Under the pieces are notes generated by a model. It saw nothing but the letters and a program-made list of their open reading frames with translations, was not told the origin of the DNA and did not search any database. From Treponema sp. (GTDB lineage: Bacteria > Spirochaetota > Spirochaetia > Treponematales > Breznakiellaceae), in assembly GCA_031281555.1 (NCBI GenBank), contig JAITFK010000023.1:444-64443 (forward strand): DNA of 64,000 nt, in the 5' to 3' direction. A program made the position numbers and the translations under genes. Each line of letters opens with the position of its first letter. Position 1 is the first letter of the stretch. Shown piece by piece: positions 49,164 to 57,822 of this stretch.

Positions 49164-49883
49164 TTACCAGTAACCTCCGTCTTCTTCAGATGAATTTGAT
49201 GATGCCGGAATATTATTCGGATTTTGCGATTTGCTGCGGGTGGTTACCGACATTGTCACCTTGCGGAAGAACTCGCGTATATTTTTCGCGTCCGCCGCTT
49301 GAAACACTTTATTCGGGACTTTATTGCCGTTTACTTCAGCCAGTACCGGAGTTTGGGAGATGAACTTTTCAAGAACCTTTGTGCCCGGCTCTTCCCCTAT
49401 ACCCATTGCCATGAAAAAACACTTGGAAGAGCGGCCGTCGGTAATTAAAGATTCCAGCGGTCCTTCCCAACTATCGGTCGGCGCTCCGTCTGAAACCAAC
49501 ACCACCGTCGGACGATACGCACGGGATGGTATGATCTCTTTGTCTTCTATCAAAGTTTTTGCTTTTAAAAACGCTTCCCCCATCGGCGTACCGCCATCAG
49601 CCATCATGTTCGTCCATTTTACAGTCGAGGCTGTTGTCGGCATAAGGAAGTTATTCGCCGTACCGCCAAAGGTGATTATTGAAACCAGAAATTCAGTCTC
49701 CATTTTTTCTTCATCGGCAAACGAATCAATCATTTGTTTGACGGCTTCATTTAAAACCTGAATCTTCGATGATTCGCCCCCGACGCCTTCATTCATTGAG
49801 CCGCTTACATCCAGCAAAAGTAAAACCGGTAATGGTTTTGCTTTAGATACGGTGAATTTGGTTGGATCAAAAACAGTTTGCAT
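49164..49883 (-). CDS. TerY-like vWA protein
   Basis: LPVLLLLDVSGSM, GGTPMG.A, YRP.VVLVSDGAPTD; AAGGAG RBS before ATG 49883. Confidence 0.88.
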   Translation of the reverse strand: MQTVFDPTKFTVSKAKPLPVLLLLDVSGSMNEGVGGESSKIQVLNEAVKQMIDSFADEEKMETEFLVSIITFGGTANNFLMPTTASTVKWTNMMADGGTPMGEAFLKAKTLIEDKEIIPSRAYRPTVVLVSDGAPTDSWEGPLESLITDGRSSKCFFMAMGIGEEPGTKVLEKFISQTPVLAEVNGNKVPNKVFQAADAKNIREFFRKVTMSVTTRSKSQNPNNIPASSNSSEEDGGYW

Positions 49884-49943
49884 AATTTTCTCCTTTTCGT
49901 TATAATTTAACATACCTTTATATAGTCTGAAATAAAAACAATC

Positions 49944-50825
49944 TTAACTATTTTTCCTGATTTTTTTTATAAAAGTATTAATTGTACGGCTTGCACTTTC
50001 CTCCCTAACACCGCAGGATTCTGCTATTTCCCTTGCTGTAGGAACAGTACGGTTTTCTTTGTAGCCTTCAAATATTTGCCTATTTATAAAGGAAACGCCG
50101 GAAATGACCTTTTCTATAAGCCTTATATCGCCCAGGGCCTTTAAAACTTGCGCTGTTAAGAGTTTAGAGAGAATCGGTTTTAACCGATCCTGCTGTTTTT
50201 GAAACGCCGCGTCTATAGTCTGAAGATAAGTCTTTACGGCCGCTTCATCTGTCAAAACGTCATTCGGCGAACTTGTTTTGTCGGCAATTAAATCGAATAA
50301 TTCGCCCTTTTTGCCGTCTTTTTCCATTATTGGGACGCTGCCCGATTGAACATATATATCCCGGTTTATCGCAATCGCTTCAAACGCTTTTTCGGGCGTT
50401 ATGTTTAAGACATCGGCGATTCTATTTACAAACCTGCTTTCATCAGGCTCCTCGCCGCATATTTTTTCATATTTAGCGATGTATCGGATTATTTGATCTG
50501 TTTTTTGCTCGAGCGTAATTCCGCTGCGCGTATCAGATATTTCCTCCTTAGCTTTTTGTGCAGATATTGTTTTTTTAAGCGCAGTATTAAAATAATTCAG
50601 GAAAGCGCCGCATTCAACTTTATATGATTTTATACACGCTTTTGCGGAAAGGACTATCTCATAACCAATTTTGCAAAAGTCTTTTCTTGTAAGCGATAAA
50701 AGCTCAGCGAGATCAGCAAGGAAACGCCTTTCTTCTACAATAAAAAGTTCTTTGTCTTTAATACGGTCTATTCTAAACAACGGGGATTCGTTTATAAGCT
50801 TTTCCAGTTCCCTGGGCGTCTTCAT
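49944..50825 (-). CDS. Divergent sigma-70 family (group 3-like) factor
   Basis: Region 2-like CIKSYKVECGAFLNYFNTALKK; region 3-like GEEP...IADVLNIT.EK...ELFDLIAD; region 4 HTH TAREIAESCGVREESASR. Confidence 0.6.
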   Translation of the reverse strand: MKTPRELEKLINESPLFRIDRIKDKELFIVEERRFLADLAELLSLTRKDFCKIGYEIVLSAKACIKSYKVECGAFLNYFNTALKKTISAQKAKEEISDTRSGITLEQKTDQIIRYIAKYEKICGEEPDESRFVNRIADVLNITPEKAFEAIAINRDIYVQSGSVPIMEKDGKKGELFDLIADKTSSPNDVLTDEAAVKTYLQTIDAAFQKQQDRLKPILSKLLTAQVLKALGDIRLIEKVISGVSFINRQIFEGYKENRTVPTAREIAESCGVREESASRTINTFIKKIRKNS

Positions 50826-50834
50826 TGACTATCT

Positions 50835-51455
50835 CTATTCGGAAAGTATTGTATCGAGTATTTTTAAGGCCGAATCACCATCTACGCACTCTAAAGTGTT
50901 AACAATGGAGTTTAGATAAAACAGAGCCGACATATCAAACAGTTCGGCATTGAAAGGCTTATTATCCTTGTTAAAATCAACCTTTCCGTAAATAATATTT
51001 TTGATATCCGCCTTGAAAAACCTCTGAGCAAAGTTTAGCGCTGAAAACATGATAATTGGCAGCGATTTTGTACCGTAGGTAATGTCGGCATAGACAGCCG
51101 CGCTTTCGACAAATTCGCTTAGTATTTCTTTGAATAGTTTTTCTTGTACTTCACGGCTCTCATTATGCGGCGTAGATAAAATACTGTACTCAATTTTAGC
51201 TCCCAGATTTGAATTTATTTTTTCAAGTTCTCTTTTATATTCACCGGTATTTCTGTCACTGTTACCGTTGATGTCTTCTTTCTTGAGTAGAACAACTTTT
51301 ACGTCGTCGTCTTTTCTTAATGTACAAGCCAGAACCCCATTAATGGGGAAAATTACTTCCCCATTGTATTCAATCGTGCTATTGCCGTTGACTTTATAAC
51401 AAAGAGTGTCAAGCCGATCTTTCATCATAATATTGCAAAAAACTATTTTTTTCAT
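50835..51455 (-). CDS. Stand-alone CARF-domain protein (TM1812/Csx1-N-like)
   Basis: VYADITYGTKSLP CARF motif, then AL.FA...IKNIIYG...DMS.L; AAGGAG RBS. Confidence 0.75.
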   Translation of the reverse strand: MKKIVFCNIMMKDRLDTLCYKVNGNSTIEYNGEVIFPINGVLACTLRKDDDVKVVLLKKEDINGNSDRNTGEYKRELEKINSNLGAKIEYSILSTPHNESREVQEKLFKEILSEFVESAAVYADITYGTKSLPIIMFSALNFAQRFFKADIKNIIYGKVDFNKDNKPFNAELFDMSALFYLNSIVNTLECVDGDSALKILDTILSE

Positions 51456-51972
51456 TTTATAGAAACTCCTTTGCTAACATGGCAGCTTTTTACTACTACC
51501 TCAAAAATTTTCATTGTTATTTTTTTTTACCAGATCATAATACTATATAGTAACAAATTTTGCTTAAATTAACACTTTTTTATAGAAAAACATATACAAA
51601 GTGCCTTCAATGACCATGGTATAAAAAATAGAAACTCTAAATTGCATATTTTACAACAAACTAATTTTTGTTTCAATTTGTATTTTTAGGTTGAAAGTGC
51701 AATTTGGTATTTACAAACAGTTTATTATTTCTCTGTTTTTGAAAATATGGCTTCCAAAAAGACGACTAACTGTTTACATCCTAAACCTTTGTTTGAACAA
51801 TTTCAAATTACAAAAATCACGTTATGCGTAGCTAAAAAAAATTTATCCTCAATTTTTAAAACAATCTTTTACTGAAAACATACAAATATTCTAAACCAAG
51901 AGACATGACATAAATGAGATAAATCTCAAGAGTGGATGACAATAGCAATGTAACAAACAACCTTACCTGCCA

Positions 51973-52000
51973 TTGACAATAAATCATTTTTATATAAAAT
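51973..52000 (+). promoter_or_regulatory. Sigma70 promoter of the MoxR-vWA operon, probably leaderless
   Basis: TTGACA-16nt-TAAAAT-7nt-ATG. Confidence 0.6.
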
Positions 52001-52007
52001 AAAACCC

Positions 52008-53223
52008 ATGCCTGAACAACCAAATCCAATATATAACTGGAATAAAAGCCAGCTTTTCAAACTATTATTCGGTCTTTATCACACAAAAATCCCCACAATG
52101 ATTTGGGGAAACCCCGGCGGCGGCAAGACCAGTACAGTTACCTTTTTGGGAAAAACTTTAGGTAAACCGACTGAAATACGCTCCGGTAACAAGTCCGATC
52201 CTACCGATTTTTCTGGGATTCCTTACTTAATCGACATGAAAAGCGAAGACGGAGGGAAAACCTTAAAATTTTCCGAACCAAAATACATACAGATAATGAA
52301 AGGAAACCCAGATGGTATATTATTCTTTGACGAAATAACAACCTGTTCCCCGGTAATTCAAGTTGCTCTTTTATCAATTATTCAGGATTGTCAGTTCGGC
52401 GAATTTGAAATCCCAAAGACAATATACAGAGTTGCCGCCGGAAATTATAACAATATAACCGGAACGCATAATATGAGCCTTGCCCTGATGAACCGTTTTT
52501 GCCACATCTTTTATAAAATGGATATAGAATTCTTTAATGAAGGGTTTATTTCTGACTTTAAAGGTTATGAAGAAGCCAAAATTAACAAGGACGAAGCTCA
52601 AATACATAAGGAGAACAAATACCGTCTGGCAGTTGTAAACTTTGTTAAACAGCATCCTGAATTCCTTGATGCTTTCCCTGCTGATGGAGCAATATCAGAC
52701 CCCCCATGAATTTGCGTATCCTACTCCGCGTTCATGGGAGATGGTAGTAAAAATCCTGTCGGTTCTTGACGAAAACGAACCTGTATATATAGAAGAGCTT
52801 GTAAAAGGGTGCATAGGAGATGCCGCCGGTAATTTATTTATCAAATTCATTAAAGATTATAAAGGGCTTGAAGTTGATATTCCCTATTTTGTAGGAAAAG
52901 AGAAGGATTTTCGTTTGCCTTACCCTGACAGCCATGATCATGTTTCTCAGATAATGGCTTCTGTTGTTTTTTATCTGGAACACGATACAAAAAAATACCT
53001 TGAACTCTGGATACAGGTTATCAAAGTTCTTCATAACGAAAATAATATCTACGGAAATTACGCGTCTTATGATAACCTTATAATGAAATATCTATTCTCA
53101 AACATGAAACATCTTTTGGACAGTAAAACTCTCGACCAAAAAGATATTCGCGAATTCAGTAAACGTATTCCGTGTTGGAATCTTTTACACATAACTGCTC
53201 TTGAAAAATATTCAAACAACTAA
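52008..53223 (+). pseudogene. MoxR-like AAA+ ATPase split by a +1 frameshift in a C6 tract (52700-52705)
   Basis: WGNPGGGKT, FFDEI, AAGN, ALMNRFCH in the first ORF; AYPTPRSWE in the second; deleting one C joins them as ..SDPHEFAYPTPRSW. Confidence 0.8.
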
Positions 53224-53228
53224 AGATA

Positions 53229-54389
53229 GTGAAGCACTCTCCTGAATTCCGTGTTCTTTTAGCCGCAAAAAAAGTAGGAGAAATTTTCCCGTATTATTTT
53301 CCTGCTGTTACAAAGCTTCGTTTTAGGAAAGATAATAAAAATACGCCTACTATGGGCATTAACTGTTCGCTTGTAATAAGTTATAACGAGGATTTCATAA
53401 ATAAACTGACAGATAAAGAATTAACTGGGGTCGTTCTCCATGAAATACTACATTATATGAACAGCCATCATGCAAGATACATGAATAATTCGTTAAAAGA
53501 TGCTTTACCTTTTGAAATACATAATATAGCAATGGATATTGAGATAAATGAATTTATATACGATTTACCTGAAGGTGCATTTAAAGCGGAATATTTTAAT
53601 TTCCCCAAAAGGAAGAGTTATGAAGAATATTTGCTTTTAATAAAAAAAATGAATAAGCAGAGCATTGATATAGATATAGCTCAAGGTAAAATGCCAACCA
53701 ATGATCTCAACCTTGATGGTTACAGTGATGATCATCAAGAGGTATTGAACGAATTAATCAATGAATGTAAAGAACATAAAAAAACTATAGGAACTGAAAG
53801 CGGAGTCTATGACATAAATCGCAGAATACAAAAAAGAAAATACCGCTGGGAGCAGGTATTTCAAAATATCCTTACAACAAAAATAACGGAAATTACTGCC
53901 GGGTTCAGATATAGAACGTTTGAAAAACCAAACCGCCGTTATGTCCATACTCCCGATATTATTCTTCCCGTTTTTATTGACAGAAAAGTAAAAATATCTT
54001 TGGCAATCATTATGGATATTTCAGGCTCTATGATTAATATAACAGATAAAATGTACGGCGTTATGAAAAGCATGATTGATATTACGGATATGGAAATTGA
54101 TATTACAATACTTGAAGTTGATACAGATGTCGAAAATGAAATATGTAGCTTCGATTTAAAAAGAAAAACTATTAATAGTAAAAGCGGCGGCGGAACGGAT
54201 ATGGGCGCGGGACTACGCTATATTCATGAAAATAAAAGGGAACCTGACTTAATTGTTGTAATGACCGATTCGTACACACCTTGGCCTGACCCGCCAATAC
54301 TTGCGAATAAAACAGTTGTTTTAACTGATAATCACGATGATTATGACGGACCCTATCCCATGTATCCGGTAATATTTGACGAACCTTAA
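53229..54389 (+). CDS. DUF2201-type metallopeptidase-vWA protein
   Basis: PTMG, VLHEILH, NIAMDIEIN, RPNRR-like KPNRRY, MDISGS, GGGTDM, VMTD..TPWP. Confidence 0.85.
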   Translation: MKHSPEFRVLLAAKKVGEIFPYYFPAVTKLRFRKDNKNTPTMGINCSLVISYNEDFINKLTDKELTGVVLHEILHYMNSHHARYMNNSLKDALPFEIHNIAMDIEINEFIYDLPEGAFKAEYFNFPKRKSYEEYLLLIKKMNKQSIDIDIAQGKMPTNDLNLDGYSDDHQEVLNELINECKEHKKTIGTESGVYDINRRIQKRKYRWEQVFQNILTTKITEITAGFRYRTFEKPNRRYVHTPDIILPVFIDRKVKISLAIIMDISGSMINITDKMYGVMKSMIDITDMEIDITILEVDTDVENEICSFDLKRKTINSKSGGGTDMGAGLRYIHENKREPDLIVVMTDSYTPWPDPPILANKTVVLTDNHDDYDGPYPMYPVIFDEP

Positions 54390-54416
54390 AAATTTGACGG
54401 AAGCTTTGTTCTGAGA

Positions 54417-54767
54417 TTATGTATTGAAAAAATCTTCCTGCATTGTTAATTCACTTAACATTTCTTGCGTTTTGAATTCTTCAGGAACATATCTAAACGA
54501 GCGACAATCCTGCTTCACTATTTCAAGCCACATTTTTGCAGGGACATATTTGCTGGCTTCTTTATTCTGCTTCACCGCTTCAACGCACATTTCAGCTGTC
54601 TTGAATTCTTTAGGGACTAATCTAAGAGCTCTACCGTTATGTTTTACCGCTTTAATGCACAGCATTTCCGCCGTTTTTAAATCTTGAAGTGTACTGGTAT
54701 TCTGCTTCATCTTTTCAAGGCACATATCTACTGTCTCAAGCCAGAATTTATCTTTATTTATAAGCAT
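54417..54767 (-). CDS. DUF4116-like repeat protein
   Basis: Repeats of KTAEMC..AVK.N..AL.YVP. Confidence 0.7.
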   Translation of the reverse strand: MLINKDKFWLETVDMCLEKMKQNTSTLQDLKTAEMLCIKAVKHNGRALRLVPKEFKTAEMCVEAVKQNKEASKYVPAKMWLEIVKQDCRSFRYVPEEFKTQEMLSELTMQEDFFNT

Positions 54768-54965
54768 TTTTATATTTAATAATATTTTTTTAGATCAGAT
54801 CAAGCTACCTTTATTAATATTACTGTGTTTATTATTTATTGTCAACAAAATTCTTATTTAAATATATTCTTTTTTAGCGAAAAAATATCAAATGTTGATT
54901 TAGCGTACTCTGTGCCTTTGCTAGAAGCCTTTGAAAGTTTAAATTATTAAACTGCTAATACTACA

Positions 54966-55175
54966 CAAGTACCAATCAAATACCACTCAAGTACCACTCA
55001 ACACCGACTAAAGTGGCATATAAGGAATAAATCTTTACTGTGCAAAAGATGTAAAGACTGCATCGTACCTTGTACCAGTTTTTACAGGTTTCGCCGGTAA
55101 ACCGCAATGGGGTCGACTAAAGTCGGTGTTGGGTCGAAGTTAAGTCGGTGTTGAGTCGGAAGGAAGCCGTAAGTA
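54966..55175. repeat. Two inverted arrays of 11-bp tandem units
   Basis: CAAGTACCAAT/CAAATACCACT/CAAGTACCACT/CAACACCGACT (54966-55009) and AGTCGGTGTTG/GGTCGAAGTTA/AGTCGGTGTTG/AGTCGGAAGGA/AGCCGTAAGTA (55121-55175). Confidence 0.75.
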
Positions 55176-55273
55176 CGCTGTACAGTCAATATCACGGTAA
55201 TCTCATTACTTCTCAAATAATCCTTTTCTGTCATTTTAAGCTCCTTATATCATAGTCAGTAGTTGTTGATAAC

Positions 55274-57052
55274 TCACTTAAACCCGATTTTCGAATCATT
55301 GTTGAGCATTGTTTCTTCACCGCAAAATTTAAACAAGTCAAAAAACTCAAGATCATTTCCGTTTAATATACCGGAAATTGTACATTTCCGTGCAATATTT
55401 TCTATTTGACCGCCGGATAAATCAAAAGCCTCAGCAAGTTTATTGGCATCTTCTCCGCTCAATTCCGGAATAAAGTTTTTCCAGATTGCTTGTCTTGTTT
55501 TAACGCATGGTTTTTGGAAATTAATCTTGTAAATAAATCTGCGCTCAAAGGCTGTGTCAATATTTTCAGTAAGGTTCGTTGTTGCAATCAGAATACCGTC
55601 AAGTTTTTCAAGTTCTTCAAGTAATATATTCTGTATGGCGTTTTCAGTTTGCGCAAGATTGCCTATTGAAGTATCTTTTCGTCTGTTGATAATTGCATCA
55701 GCTTCGTTTAAAAGAAGAATAGGTACGGGTAAATTACTGTCATTCGCTCTTTTTACCCTGTCATAGTATTTAGTAAAAATATTCTTAATTCTTTTTTCGC
55801 TTTCGCTGAACCATTTGCTTTTAGTCATTGAAATATCTATAGGTACAATATCCCTGCCGGATATGCGGGCTATTTGATACGCGGTTTCAGTTTTACCGGT
55901 TCCCGGAGACCCAAAAAACAAACAGTTAAAACCTGTCCTCATCCCATTTGATTTTAGCCGTTCTCTGACTTTAATAAAATTATTTTCAAGAAACAGTCCG
56001 GTAAGTTGTTCTACTTGTCTTTTATCGTTCTCATTATAAAACAATTCTTTTTTAAGAATGTTTTCATGGTTTATTAATTCCGAATCTTTTTTTGGTTTCA
56101 ACATGGTATCAGTTATACCCAATAAACCGATGAGGGCTTTATGCGTCAAAGAGATAAGATCTTTATCCTTATAATTCCAATTTTCATCGTTTCTCTCTTT
56201 AAAATCATCATCCGAATATTCGATAAGTTCCAGTTCAAAAAGTTTGTTTATATTGATTCTTTCATAATCATTTATATATTCAAAGACATCTAATCTGCAA
56301 AGAGAAAAAATATTTTCCTGCTTTGTATAAAACAGTGTACAAAGATAAGAAAGATAAGCCATATTTGCTTTTGTCAATGACAGCCTATAAATATTTTTAA
56401 CAAATTCAAGTTGAATATTGTTATCTAGCAAAGTAAAAAAATCTGTCAAGAAACTTTCTTTTTTTCTTCGAATTTTTCTATTTTCATAATAATTTATGAT
56501 AAAATCCGAAAAAAGATGATTTAAACGTTCAAAAAATTCGTCCTTTGAAAGACCGTAAGAAATGGGAGGAATGGAAGGAATAATATTTTTACCTTCCCGT
56601 AATGCTTGAATAACCTCAGGAGGAACCCAGTAACGGTTAAAATCTCCATTGGTTTCTTTGATCAAATGTTTATTTACTAGTACATCAAGATCGTCAGAAT
56701 ACTTTAAGCATTGTACTCTTGTAATTTTAAAGAACTTTGCCAAGTCTTCTATTGCAATTAAGTCATCGTTGTTAAGAATAAATGAGAAAATATGCGCCTG
56801 TAATGTGGTAATTCCAAGTATATCTGAACAAATTGTAAGATGCTTATCAAGAGTTTCCTGATATTCAGCTTTTTTTTCTATGTCATTAGGATTATTTTGT
56901 ATTGAATAATGCATTTCTAAAATACGATCAATATGATCCAGAAAAGCCAAAGGTATGTTTTGCTTTTCATTTTCAATTTCTTCAATGTCTGTCTTTGTAA
57001 TAAATTCGCCATGTTCAAATTCATAATGTTTAGATTCGTCATTTAAGTTCAT
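55274..57052 (-). CDS. AAA+ ATPase with N-terminal wHTH-like regions
   Basis: GSPGTGKT, SKWFSESEK, LLNEAD, ATTNL..NID.AFERRF, LSGGQIENI; AAGGAG RBS. Confidence 0.85.
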   Translation of the reverse strand: MNLNDESKHYEFEHGEFITKTDIEEIENEKQNIPLAFLDHIDRILEMHYSIQNNPNDIEKKAEYQETLDKHLTICSDILGITTLQAHIFSFILNNDDLIAIEDLAKFFKITRVQCLKYSDDLDVLVNKHLIKETNGDFNRYWVPPEVIQALREGKNIIPSIPPISYGLSKDEFFERLNHLFSDFIINYYENRKIRRKKESFLTDFFTLLDNNIQLEFVKNIYRLSLTKANMAYLSYLCTLFYTKQENIFSLCRLDVFEYINDYERININKLFELELIEYSDDDFKERNDENWNYKDKDLISLTHKALIGLLGITDTMLKPKKDSELINHENILKKELFYNENDKRQVEQLTGLFLENNFIKVRERLKSNGMRTGFNCLFFGSPGTGKTETAYQIARISGRDIVPIDISMTKSKWFSESEKRIKNIFTKYYDRVKRANDSNLPVPILLLNEADAIINRRKDTSIGNLAQTENAIQNILLEELEKLDGILIATTNLTENIDTAFERRFIYKINFQKPCVKTRQAIWKNFIPELSGEDANKLAEAFDLSGGQIENIARKCTISGILNGNDLEFFDLFKFCGEETMLNNDSKIGFK

Positions 57053-57076
57053 AAGTTCTCCTTGTCATAAATATTT

Positions 57077-57179
57077 TACCCGCAACGCAGGTATTGTAGA
57101 TTTTGTACAGCAAGCTGTATGAAAATAAGAGTGAAAAACACGGAAGTTGATTATCTTAAGCATAACCCTTCCGTGTTTT
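57077..57179 (-). promoter_or_regulatory. Structured leader element, copy 1
   Basis: Homologous to 59097-59202; three hairpins upstream of the AAA ATPase gene. Confidence 0.65.
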
Positions 57180-57202
57180 AGAGATTTAATTATTGCCGGA
57201 GA

Positions 57203-57400
57203 TCAATGAGATTTTATTTCCTGAGTAAACTGTGAATAATCAGGCGGCGGGAAACCGCCGGATTCGTAGAAAGCATCATGAAACTGATTTAATTTGTTGC
57301 TGCGATTCTTTATAACGGCAGCGTAAGCATCGCTATTCTGATTATGCGCGTTTGCATAATCAGCCAATTGTGTTTGAGTAAGACGATTTACTTTTACCAA
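57203..57400 (-). CDS. Small Asn/Gln-rich hypothetical protein
   Basis: AAGGAG then TTG at 57400; DYANAHNQN..AY...NRSNKLN..HDAFYES resembles 'DNHANQLNPN'-type small proteins. Confidence 0.45.
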   Translation of the reverse strand: MVKVNRLTQTQLADYANAHNQNSDAYAAVIKNRSNKLNQFHDAFYESGGFPPPDYSQFTQEIKSH

Positions 57401-57634
57401 AGTAGCTCCTTGAAAATTTGATGTTCTCAAGCTACACATTAGGTATGTTCAGGTAGTAACGATATAATAAGGTCTGATTACTGTATTTATTTGTATCACA
57501 TTAATATAATTTTGTCAAGATAAAATACAAAATATCTTTTATATCAATATTTTCATTATCTCTATTTTTAATATACAACAAGTTGTTTTTTTTGTCCACT
57601 TTTTTCAAGAAAATTAAAAAAAATAGGAATTATA

Positions 57635-57785
57635 TTAATTATCATTATGTCCTTTACATTGCAATATTTTACCGTTCGAGTATTTTTTGTCGATTTTTTG
57701 CCAGTATATATAATCTTCCCATGCTTTTTCGGCAAAAATCAACCTACTCATTCGCCAGTGTCATTAATTCATCCATTGCGGACTA
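57635..57785 (-). pseudogene. yoeB: Remnant of a yefM/relB-yoeB (Txe) toxin-antitoxin pair
   Basis: ATG 57751 MSRLIFAEKAWEDYIYWQKIDKK joined to C-terminal ILQCKGH; overlapping upstream AMDELMTLANE* antitoxin-like tail. Confidence 0.7.
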
Positions 57786-57822
57786 AATCGCGTTTATCCT
57801 TTAGTAGATAAAAAGCTATTAT

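Noticed and set aside
51600-51910. Possible gene remnant or operator repeats in the AT-rich divergent region
   Set aside because: Only weak AAATTGCA/TGCAATTT inverted motifs and a short ORF without motifs; not distinguishable from AT-rich background
55150-55170. SRP RNA-like GGAAGGAAGC motif
   Set aside because: Lacks the upstream CAGG and downstream AGCAG pairing of SRP helix 8; it is part of the 11-mer array
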